Source: Klebsormidium nitens (Eukaryota > Plantae > Klebsormidiophyceae). Taken from it: a DNA stretch of 64,000 nt. Shown here in pieces: positions 23,001 to 35,000 of this stretch (the stretch's first letter is position 1; each line of letters begins with the position of its first letter). The position numbers and the translations under genes were made by a program. The notes beneath the pieces were generated by a model. The model was not told the DNA's origin. It ran no database searches and saw nothing but the letters and a program-made list of their open reading frames with translations. The stretch spans positions 86,312 through 150,311 of the forward strand of contig DF237098.1 in assembly GCA_000708835.1 (NCBI GenBank), read 5' to 3'.

Positions 23001-26000
23001 GTCATGCCCGGGACGATGACCCTCGTTCTGGGCGGGCCTGGCTCCGGCAAGTCGACTCTGCAAAGTCTGCTATCGGGGATGCCCCACAAGGACAAAACAA
23101 CGACGATCAAGGGCGAGGTACGCGGCTTCTCGGAAACTTTATTTTTGAGGATCTTGTTGAGGGCTTTTAGAGTCTATGTTTGCAGGTTCTAACATCATGA
23201 CTTAGCGAATCCCGCTCTATGCACACACTGCTTGCGGGGATGCCACACAAAGATAAGGCGACCACGATAAAGGGCAAGGTAGGCAAAGGGAACTTCGGGA
23301 ATTTGTTTGTGTTTTCGCTCCACTTTTGCTTATCGGACCTCAAAAGTCCACATTTGCAGACCCTATGCTTAGGGCTTGAAAAAGAAGAAAGCACATCGCT
23401 GACAGCGCCGTATTCAACAGCCTTTCTGAATTCGCAATCCCGGGGACGCAAGCGGACTTCCGCTCTGTCTGCTTCACGAACATCTCATTCCCTTTAAGAA
23501 CTAGAGCGATGTCATTCTGGCCCGCAGGCCCTGTCCCCTCCAAGCAAATCATCGGCGGCCCGTCTGAGAGCGGCGACTTCGCTAACCGGAAGCTCGCCGC
23601 TGCCCTGCTTCACTTGAGGACGTCCTTTCTAGAAAGTGTATGGACACAAGAAAACAAGTAGTCGGAGGTTTGATTCTTGCAGGGTCCCTTGATGCGGAAG
23701 CACGTCGGTGGGGGTCCGTTCCAAGGTGCCAACTTCGACGTCCGAAAAGTCCCCCCTCTAGTGGAAAAGCAGGCCGTTCTATGAGCTTTTTGCAAGAACA
23801 GTTTGCAACTAAGAATGAAGCGGAGACTTTTTTTGCAGGTTTCTTACAACGGTAAGCATGTCACCAATCGCCCATCTTTAAGCTCTGACATTCCAATTCA
23901 GATTCCGTCGCTTATCCAATAGCCCGATCGGTTCACTCGTTTTCTTTACAAACTAGAGCGACGTCTTTTCTTCGCAGGTTCGGTACAACGGCAAGCACGT
24001 CATCGGCGGCCCGTCTGAGAGCGCCGGCTTCGCCGTCAGGAAACTCGCCGCGCTAGTTAAACAATCGGACGTCCATTTCGCGGCCTTGAGCGTGCGCGAG
24101 ACGCTCGAGTTTGCGCGCAGTTGCACGCAAGTCTGGACCTTTGAGGAGATGTTCCGGCGCAGCCCCGAATTGCGGGAGGTTTTTGGCGCGGTCCTCGCGC
24201 AGGGGAAGGATCCGAAGCTGGAGAACGTGATCAACATTCTGGGTCTCAGGTAGGAAATCCAGCTTCCTTTTCTTTCGTGATCCTCTCCAAAATGTTTGTA
24301 GTCGGATATTTCAGGTTCCAGTTTTGCGTAGGGTTGGGGTCAAATGATCGACATTCTGGCCTCAGGTAGGGTCGCTGACTGTCTCTCCCTTTTTCCTTCT
24401 TTTCTGAGAAGTGTTTGAACACTATGCATGTGTCTGGTTGTACTCCGCACAAATATGGGGTGCGAAGTGATCAGAATTCTGGGTCTCAGGTAGGAAAGAC
24501 AGCTGTCTTTGTAATCTTCAGTTTTTCGTTGATTCTTAGTAAGACTGCGGAGTTGGAATAGCATCCGCCAAAATGTCATGCGCCCTGCGCCCGTACCCCT
24601 ACTAACCACCAACTTAATCCCGTCCAGTCCCGTCCCGTCCCCCTGGTGCTCATCTCTATATACACATCATGCAGTGTAGACTTGCAGGCGGACCGAACAA
24701 CTGTGAAACCATCGAGAATAGCAGCCCCAATCAAATGCTCTTCCTGAAACGGGAACTTTCTGGATGTCGCATGTGTGGTGAGTGTGTTGCCCTTTGTTGG
24801 AAACTAGGCAGCAGACCCCGTCCTGCAAAGACGTACAAATCACAAGCTAAGGCTTGCAGACTGTCCTTACCTTCAGAAATTTCTGCGTCGCCCTTTTCGC
24901 AAACTTCTGTTGACGTTTTCTATTCAACTTTCAGGCGCGTTCTGAACATGCCGGTGGGCGGTCCAATGACTCCCCCCACGCTCACCGAAGACGAGCGGCG
25001 CCGCGTTTCCGCCGCGGAAATGGTCGCCGGAACGTACGTCCTCCTCTTCCTAGACGCCTTTGCCACAGGGGTCGACGCGGCGACCGCATATGACATCGCG
25101 AGCGGGCTACGGGTTCTGGCCCGGGTTAGGCAGCTGGGAATCGTGGCGAACATCGTTAATCCGCCCCCGGAGGTTTTCGGGTTGTTTGATCGGGTTATAC
25201 TGCTGGACCGGGGGAGGGTGGTTTACCAAGGGCCGAGGGCGGATGCGGTTCCTCACTTCGAGTCGCTCGGGTGAGGATTGTGCGTCTCTACTCCAAGTCT
25301 TTACATATCTCGGCATTTCAGCTTGGATACTTTGCACGTCAGGGGAGTAAATTCTTCTGCAAATGTTTACGAGTCACCATTTTCCGGTGATTTGAGACTT
25401 TGTTGTCCACGTATCTAGCGCGAATGGATCATGCAGGCGTCAGAAAAGCGTTGTTTAAGACCTCCTTGGCATGCTCAGGGTCCTGGACAGCGTCCCTGCT
25501 CGTCCTCGTTGCCCTTCTGAACCGTCCCGGAAACCCCTTTTCATGTAATTAAACCCGATCTCTCAGATGATCAGTTTCCAGGGCGCTCAGCTAGTACTCT
25601 AGTACCGCTGACCTAAGCAAGGGCAACCATGTTCTCGACCTTGACCCAATCCTCAAATTGATCGAAGTTACTTCCTTCGGGCGGCTGTTTGGCCCCAGTG
25701 CTGACTCCAGACTAAACCCCTCCTGCAGGTACATCAAACCCGACTTCCTGGACATAACCGAGTTTCTCCAGGAGGTAACTTCCCCTGACGGTGCCCAGTG
25801 GTTGTCCCCCGGACACTCCCCTCTCGACCTCGGGGGGTTCGTTTCCGCCTATGAAGCTACCCCCCACTACGCCGACATTTTGCGGGTGGTTAACTCCGCC
25901 GATCCCCCTCACGTTCTCTCCGTCAAGGCCCCCAAACCGCTTGGGTTAAATCTCCTGGCTCGAAACGGCGTACCAGCAATCGCGCGGATCGAAGCGAGTA

Positions 26001-29000
26001 GTTCGCTGACGTCAGCGGAGCAGACGGTCCACTTCACCGGGGCCGTGAAGGAGGGTGACGTCATCACGGCGGTGTCTGCTCCCGAGGGGGGGCTGGTTTA
26101 CCTGGCGGGGAAGGGGGGGGAAGCGAGCGTGGAGGAGCTCGAGGCGCGGCTTCACGAGGCGGCGGATCCAGTCCGGTTGCAACTAGAGCGGGCGACCCCA
26201 GAGGTGCGATTTGCTCATTCGCCTCGTTCCGGAGTTTCAAAAACAGAGGTCCCGGAGTCTGAGAGCGAAGACGTGGCGAGCTTGACATGATCTTGTTCAC
26301 TTCTTCCGTCTTCGACGTGTGACACTTTCACTTCCCACTATTTGTAGAGCAACGTCTCCTGATTTTGAGTGGCGTCATCGTTTCTTGCTTCAGTTGCGGT
26401 CAAGTGTAAGTAACTTCAGCTGACGTCACAGGTACTGCAAGATCATCGCAACATTTTGTGCGTGTCCGCAGGGAACTAGTTGCTTTCGGGTCTCTTACGT
26501 CACAGGAAGCGACGTGGGTCAATCCAGACCCCACTTTGAAACCGATATTCTTTCTTTTGGTAGCGCTTTTTTTCTTCCCGTTCGCTTCCCTTCCGCTTGT
26601 TGCAGTTTCGGGCCCCCTCCAGATGTCGTAGCGCCTCCTCCCAGATGCATTTCTTAGTTGCCATTCTTCCAGTCTGACGTTTCCCGGATTGGTTCCTTCG
26701 CTTCTTCCTCTACCTCCGCCTTCTGTGCATTTAAAGGCAGCTCCAGTTCCGTTCCGACAGCGGCAGAGTGCGATTTCGTCAAGCGGAATTGGTTCTGCAT
26801 AGATTCTTGCGTCTGTGTTGGTAGCGGCAAAGTCCGGTCCCTTCGGCGAGTTTCGTTTCGAACTTTCTTCGCGATTCTGGTTCCACTCCGGCAACGGCAA
26901 AGTCCGCTTTCGTTTTGCGGGGTTGGATTTTCTGCGCAGTTCCGGTTCCATCCTGGCAGCGGCAGATACCGTTTTCGTCCGGCGTCGTTCGTTTTACGCA
27001 AGTAATGACACTCAGATAAGCATAATCTTGCCCTGAACCGACTTTTATCAAAGCCCTGATTCCCTTCATCCTTAAAAAGCCTTATACACCCTTAAAAGCC
27101 TTATACACCCTTAAAAGCCTTATACACCCTTAAAAAGCCTTATGCATAACACCCAAAACCCAAAAAGTTGTTTCCTCTTCGTCGCAGCCTGACGACAAGG
27201 ACATCATCAATGAGCAGTTCACGCAGGAATATTCGCTGCCCTTTTGGGCGGAGTACCGTTTCCTGTTCGACCGGGCCTGGAAGGCGCAACTGCGCGGGAA
27301 GCTCCTGCTCTATTTCCGAGCGTTCCAGGTAGCACCCCACTTCTAGTAGTTCCTTCTTTGGTATGCCATCTATCTGATGGACCCCTCTGGAAGCTTTACA
27401 CTTCTCGACAAGGTGGCCCTTTTCACTATCTTTCTGCGCATGCGCACAGTGCCAGAGTCCCTCTTCCGGGAGATAGTGTTCATCGACTCTAATAAATTAT
27501 CCTTTCATACAAAGATCGGGACGGTGGATCATTCCCTCCCGCTTTGGCTGCAATGCTCGTTGCAGGGTTGCAGCTTTCCTTACGGCGATGTTATTATAGA
27601 AGGTAATTCTTATGGATGTTAACCAAAGTAGAAGTTTGTGTTCCTTTGGATCACACTCATTTGGCTTTGACTAGGGAGCTCTCTTCATCAGATTGGAAAC
27701 AGTTTTCGTAGAAAACTGTTCAACCTGTTGCTCTTTACCTTGACGTCCTTCAGTATGGTATCTGCCTGACGCTTCCAAGAGCATATCTTCCGAAGTTTCA
27801 GGTTACCTTCATGTCCCATCCCGATACTCAACGCAACAAACCCTTTGCAATCGAACCGTCTCCTTACACCTTTCAAATTACGTTCATCTCCCTTCAAGTT
27901 TTTGCTGGAACCATATTCTGTCTACGGATCCGCCTTCACTTACATAACATTTTTCTGGGATTTGGTCACCTCTAACTACGTATCAACGGCTTTTCCCCAG
28001 GAATGATCCCAGCCCCTCTTTCAAAAGATTCGTTCTTATCGCTTTGCAGTTGAGCTTCATTTCCCTTCTGGTATCTCGACGGCTCCGGCGCTTCGCTTCA
28101 GTGAACCTCCTCGCTTCTTTTTTGATCAGATTCAGAGTAGAACTCATCTTCTGTTCAATGGTTTCTCTTACGTTTTAGATCACTTCTCTCTCTCTATTCA
28201 GATCACGTTCATCTCCCCTTTGTGGGGACCATCTTCTGGCAACTACGATTGCGCCGACTTCTCTCGCGAAAGAACCTCCTCGCTTCTATTTCCCACAGCT
28301 TCATTAGACATATCGAGTTCTGATCAAAGTCTTCTCTCACGAATCATTTTATTTCCTTCTCTTGTTTCAGAGCACGTTCCTCTCCCTTTTCGTGGGGACC
28401 ATCTTCTGGCAACTCGACGACTCCGCCGACTTCTCTCGCGATTGAACCTCCTCGCTTCTTTCTCCCACAGCTTCATTGAAAAAGTCAAGGTTCTGATCAA
28501 AGTCTTCTCTCTCGAATCATTTCATTTCCTTTTCTCGTTTCAGATCACGTTCATCTCCCTTTTCGTGGGGACCATCTTCTGGCAACTGAACGAGTCCGCC
28601 GACTTTGCCCATATGAACACGCGCCGCGGAGTCGGTTTCCTCTCCCTCATGTCAACTTTCCTGTGCAACGCCATCCAACTTCCCGGTCAACTGGCAGACC
28701 GGGCGGTTTTCTACAAGCAACAGGGCGCCCGGTTCTACCGGCCCGGTTCGTACCTGCTCGCGAGCGTTGCGGCCAACTTCCCCTTCTCGTGCCTGGAGGT
28801 GCGGCCGGACATCCTTGGATCTTGGCTTTGGGGTTTTGTTAGCCTCTGAGGGTTTTCCAAATTCTTTATCTTGACGAAATATCAAAAGTGGATTCCTCGG
28901 AGGTACGGTGTGATTCCTAAAGCTGTAGCGTTGTGGACAACTCCCCCTTCTCGAGCTTCGAGGTATATCTCTTTGAATTGAGCGCAGCATGCGTTAGAAA

Positions 29001-32000
29001 CAGAAACCTTCACCACAGAAAACTCTACTGATGTTGGGTTAACCAAAGAAAACTCAGCCACAGAACGCTCCACCACAGAAAACTCCATCAGTGTTGGGTT
29101 TACCACAGAAAGCTCAACCGCAGAAAGCTCCACAACCGAGAGGTCCACCAGTGTTGGGTTAACCACAGAAAGCTCCCAACCCAACACTTGAGAGACTATT
29201 CTCAAAGCCACCTGCTTTGCACCCGTATCCGCCATAGACCTCCACACTAACCTCACCTGTCCGAAGGTGGAGAGCTTACTTTTCCCTAACGCTTACACTC
29301 CATGAAATCGATCTATGTCTATGTAAAGCGGTGTTCAACTTTGTCCACTTCTGTTCCGCCACAAAAGCGTTTACGGGAGAAGGTGACGTGCGCTTGTACC
29401 TTTGCCCCGATATGAGTGAGATACGCGAGCCCCTAGTTCCAATTCATCTAGCTTGTGAAGGACTCAAATCAGTCGCTGAAAGTTGGATGGAGCAGACAAG
29501 TCACCAATATCGTCTCTCACCCGTAGCTTTCCCTGGTCCGCCATAAAGCGGTTTTGTGATTGAGAATCGGAGCTCTCTGCCAGCGTTCATTAGAAAAGTT
29601 TCATTCTTGGAGTCACAAACACCGACAAATGTCTCAGAGAATCCGATCCGGAAACATCATAGCCTTTTCGCGCAGAAACATCATAGCCTTTTCGCGCAGG
29701 CTCTCACGTATGGCGTGATCGTCTACTTCATGACGGGCTTGTCTCTGCACGAGGGCAGCGGTCACTTTTGGCTGTTCCTGCTAGTCATCTTCCTTAACGT
29801 GCAACAAGGGGCGCTCCTCGTCCGCTGGCTCAGTTCGTTCGCACCTGCAATGGAAACGGCCGCAGCCTTGCAAGGTGAAGCTTGAGAAATGGGTTTGGGT
29901 CCAGGTTTGGCTTTAAGTTTTGGCTAATCATGCTGGTCAGTCTCCCAAACGTCCAACAAGGAACGCTTCTTGTCCGCTGGCTCAGTTCTTTCGCACCGGC
30001 CTTGGAAACGGCGGCAGCCTTGCAAGGTAAAGTCTAGTTAGAAAACACAAGACCTGGGTTTGAAACCAGGTTTAGTTTTGAAGATTTGGCTGTTTCTATT
30101 GGTCAATTTTCTGAAACCCCGACAGGGGGGGCTTCTGGCTCTCCGCTGGCTCATTCCTTTGCACCGGCCATAGAAACAGCGGCAGCCTTGCAAGGTGACA
30201 TTGATCTGATGTGGGCTTTGCTAATGTTGACACATTGGGGCCTCTCGAATATTCAGACTGTGACTTTCGCCGCTTTGATAATAAAAGTGCTTGATCCGGT
30301 AAGGGAAGTATCTTGACACTGCCAAGCACTCCGTTTTCTCACACCGTTAATCTCCCACTTGGCAGTGCCTCCAATCCATTCGAAGGACGCGCCCTGGGAT
30401 ATGGACTGATTTTCCGACTGTGCAGGAATCTTCATCGTGATTTTTGTGGCGTTTGCTGGCTTCCTCGTGCCTCGCAACAAGATACCCGACTGGTGGTGAG
30501 TATTTATGAAGTCGCTTTTCTGCTACTCTCTGGCCTATGTTTCCGGGATCTGCACGAGAAGCACTTTGGGAAGAAACCGGTAATCAGTGTCTTAGAACTA
30601 GTGACTGCGTTATCTGCTCAAGGAAGTTTTCTTTTCGCTTGGAAAATCCTCCTCGTAAGTCCCAAACGCTTCGGTCGCTTTCCAAGGCTGGTCGCTTCGG
30701 ACCAAATAAGCCGATCAAGAGTGTCGATTAGCTTCCATTAGCGCACTTCAGTAAGCAGAGCCTCTCACTTCAAAATGTGAACGATGGAGTCCCGAACTTG
30801 CGTTGGGCTTGACACCATAACCACTCCCCGCTTATTGCGCAGGATCTGGGCGTATTGGATGGACCCGCTCCAGTGGGGCATCTCGATCATCATGATAAAC
30901 GAGATGCGCTCAGCGACGTATAAGCAGCCGTGCGCCAGCTTTACGCCCCAGTACTTATTGGCCCATACGCTGACGGGGCCCTGCCGCCAGGCCCCAGACC
31001 GCGAACTGGGCTTCGCTTATCTCGTCCAGTGGCAACTGAAAACAAGCTGGTAAGACGTTTTTTTCTCTTGTTTGGCCCCATTTTGCATTCACCAGCCAAC
31101 AGGTAGTAGTAAGACTGAGATTGTGGGATATCACGGTCGTAAAATGTGACTAATTGTGCTTCTTGTTTTCTGCTGAGGCGAACCTCAGAAATTGGCTCTC
31201 TTAGCTCCCGTCTAGAAGGCAACGTAGACTAGTGTACCGCGACTGGGAATCAGTCAATCCGTCAAGCTCGGACACGACGACGTTGTGCTTCTCAGTTCCG
31301 CTTTCGGGAAGCCGAAAAGCGACTTCCTTGATTGGCTCATTTGCAAATTCAATACAGCTCTTAGATTGAGATTGAGCGGGACATCTCAGGCAGGCGGTCA
31401 TTGAGCTCAGCAGAAATGATTTCTGTTTTGTCAATTATTTTACGGAATGTGTATGTCCTCCTAGGTACTGGGTCCCTATCGGCGTCGTCGTATACCTGAC
31501 ATGGTGCGCCCTATGGCTCGGCCTGTCCTACGTGGCACTCTCCGAGATCCGCCACGTGGTGGTCCCCAAAGTCCGCCCTTTGGCGGCCCGTAAGGGCTCC
31601 GCAGCGCCTGAGGTTAAGGCGGGAAACCCGGAGAAAGAGACCGCGACAACGCACGATGCTGAGAAGGGCGCCAATATCAAGGTAACCGACCTTCCTTCCT
31701 TTTCAATTTTCAAAGACTCTTTTGCTCAAATTTCCTGGCCAGGTACTTCTTATGAAGCTTTGATTTATATGGATCTGGGGAAAAGGCAGGAAATCCGGAT
31801 GAAGAGACCGGAGCAACGCACGACGCTGAGAAGGGCGCCAGTCCGAAGGTAAATGTCGTTTTCCATTCAGTCTTTCCTTCTCCTGTCTTCCTTTGATTGA
31901 AAGCTAGGCCAGGTATTCTAAAAAGCCAGGAGTCATATCGACCTAGGGAAAGAGCGGGACAACCGCAGAGAGTGACCTGTGTAATACACGATGCAGAAAA

Positions 32001-35000
32001 GGGCGCCAATATGAAGATCACGGACCATTAACTTTGTCTTCTTCTCCTTTCTTCCATCTTTTGTTTCCGTTGATGAGTCCAGATCTGCTCATGACGTTCG
32101 TGAGAACAGATTTCGATGTTTATGGAAGAAACGGGTCGCTGCTTCGAAGCAAGCTGAAAGAGCGCCTGTGCTGACGTCAGAACTCCTACGCAAATTGCGT
32201 TATTTCTCGTCGGAATCCTTTGCGTCGGCCGCTCTGAAGCCGCCCATCGCTCCCAGGAACTGTCGGGAACGGAAATGTTTCCGCACTTGGTGCGCACTTC
32301 GCGAGCGAAGACCAGGGTATCATTCTCTCGGTTCTTGCAATTCCTTCGAAAAGCCTCGTCGGTTCCTCGCCGCTTTCAATAATAACCTGAAGCACTAGAG
32401 ATGTTTCCGCTCATTCTCAATCATTACTTCCCCAGCCAGTCGAGTCGTCACGACCTGAGCCAGTCGTCCGTGAGTCGCGACTTCAAGCAGATTCCGTAAG
32501 CAAATACAGAAGACTCCACCAATCCTTGCGGATATCGGACTCTATGACTGAAATGCCGTTACGCTTTCCTAACCCAGCCAAACATGACGTCACTCCCCTT
32601 CCTCCCAGTCAGGCTGATCTGACACGACCTGTGCCACTCACTGACTCTCCCATATATATGCGCAGATTAGTAAGAACAGTATGCAAAACCCCATAAATTC
32701 CTGGCGCTTTTCGAACGGTCGTGACTGAAATTCCGTTGCGCTTTCACTCCACCCATGTATGACATCACTCCCCTTCTCCTCGGTCACGCTGAGCTGGCAT
32801 GACCTGAGACACTCCGTGTCTCCCCCCGACTACGAGCAGACTCTTGAAAAACAGTAATGTAACACTAGCTACATTTCTGGTGGTTTTCAAACTGTCGTGA
32901 CTGAACTCCGTTCCCTTTCCCTCCAGCCATGTATGACGTCACTCCACTTCCTTCCCGTCACGCTGAGCTGGCACGACCTGAGCCACTCGGTGGTAATCCC
33001 CGGTGTTGGCGAGTCGAAGAACGTACTCAGTTACGTGTCCGGTTGGGCCAAACCGGGCCGTCTACTGGCGCTCATGAGCAGCGGGGGCGCGGCGAAGTCG
33101 CTGCTGCTGCGGGTTCTTGCTGGAAAGATGGTGAGACGGTTTTTCTTGGAGTAAAGTGCTCTTACGTCGAAGATTCTTGCTGCAAAGATGGTGAGGACCG
33201 TTCATTCTCGGACTGAGATAGTCTTACGTTGAAGGTTCTCGCTGGAAAGATGCTGAGACGGTTATGCTGGGAGTAACATGCTCTCACGTTGAACTTTGGA
33301 GTACAGGCCTGAGCTCTCGCCAAGAGATGCAAGCAACGGTTAGTGACTCGAAGACGTCTCTTGGGAGGATGAGAGGAGTATTCATTCCGTAAGCGAAAGC
33401 CAACGGACGGACGAGTGGAATGAACGAGACCGGAAGGGTTTTAGAACCCACCTCTTTTGTTTCTCAAGGAATGTTGAGACTTTCGTAAGCAGTTATTGGT
33501 TGCACATTTTGCACCGCCTTCATCCCAAGGATGCTAAACATTGTCGAGTCAAAAGCCTCGGATATCCGAAACCCATGGTTCGAAGAGCCTGTTTCCTCCG
33601 CGCATACAGAGCTAGCTTATAGAAACACGCGACGGGTTCCGTGAAAAGTCTCAAGCCCTTTCTCTGGCGAATGTCTTCCTCAGTCGCACAAGATTACGTT
33701 GCTTTTGCTTTCTGAAAGGCCAGGATTTGTTCCTGAGGATTCAGATAGGGTTATCCCTTAACTTTGACCGGTCCCGGGCCAAACAACCGGGCAGATCCTG
33801 GATGACGGTTACCCTCGGAACCCCGCCACTTTCTGCCAATATTGCACCATGGCTAAAATTGTGGAGAGTCAATTGCCATTCATGACAGCTTCTGACAGGC
33901 CTGCTCCTTAACCTTACCCTTAAACGTAACCTAAACCCTGACAGGTCCCGGGGCGAACGACCGGGCAGATTTTGGTTAACGGCTACCCGCGAAACCCCGC
34001 CACTTTCCGCCGGTACTGCACCATGGTGGAAAGAGTGGAGAGTCATTCGCCGTTCATGACGGTCCGCGAGGCGATCCAATTCAGCGCCCGGTTGCGTCTA
34101 CCGGGGACGACTACTGAGAGCCAAAGGGAGGCGTTCATTGACCAGGTTTGTAACGCGAGCAATTCCCCGGTTCTGCATTGTTCCCTTAACCACACTTAAC
34201 GGATCTGGGTGGATCTTGAGTCCTTCAACTGTCCAGAATCTGCCTTGCTCTCTTTATCTGCACAGTCTTATCCAGCGCCCGGTTGTGTCTACCGGGGACT
34301 ACTACCGAGGGCCAAAGGGAGGCGTTCGCGTTGACCAGGTCAGCTTAATCTCTAATTATTTGCGCTTGCTTCCTGTGGTTGGACACGCAGTTGGGAGCAG
34401 CCCACTTCAGCGCCCGATTAAGCCTACCGGCGAGTATCACCGCGGGCCAAAGGGAGGCGTTCGCTGACCAGGTCGTCGTGCAAGCGACCTTCCAGTTTTC
34501 TAGTGTTCGCTTGACTCACTCTGTCGATCTGTGTGGACCTCGAAATTTTACCCATTTTTGGGTTTGCATTCGCTTCTCGATTTGGCGCCCGGTTGTGTGT
34601 TCGGTGAGCACTACCGGGGGAGAGAGAGTGCCGTTGGTTCACCAATTCAGTTAACAGCCCTTAGAAAGGCGGAGGACCTGACCCTGACGCAATGAAACCA
34701 GGCCAGCGTCGCGCTGAATGACGCGCGCAATTTGACGGTCGCCGTAGCAGAACTCCTGATCTGAAAACGGTACCCGTGAAATGCTCAAAGGTTCATTCTC
34801 TCTCTCTTGAAAAGATCCTAAATGTCATGGAGCTCCGCCCCTTCAAGAACGTGCTGGTCGATTCCTGGACCAAGGCGGCGACACACTAGCTAACGCGCAC
34901 AAGCTGACGGTCGCCGTAAACGGATCCCCTTACTTGAAACCTCCAGTTGCGGAAATTGGAAGTCTGAAACTGAGCACATTATTCTGTACAGATTCTGGAT

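Noticed and set aside
26400-27005. 183-aa and 115-aa ORFs in ABCG intron 7
   Set aside because: They coincide with a degenerate tandem repeat and show no protein features.
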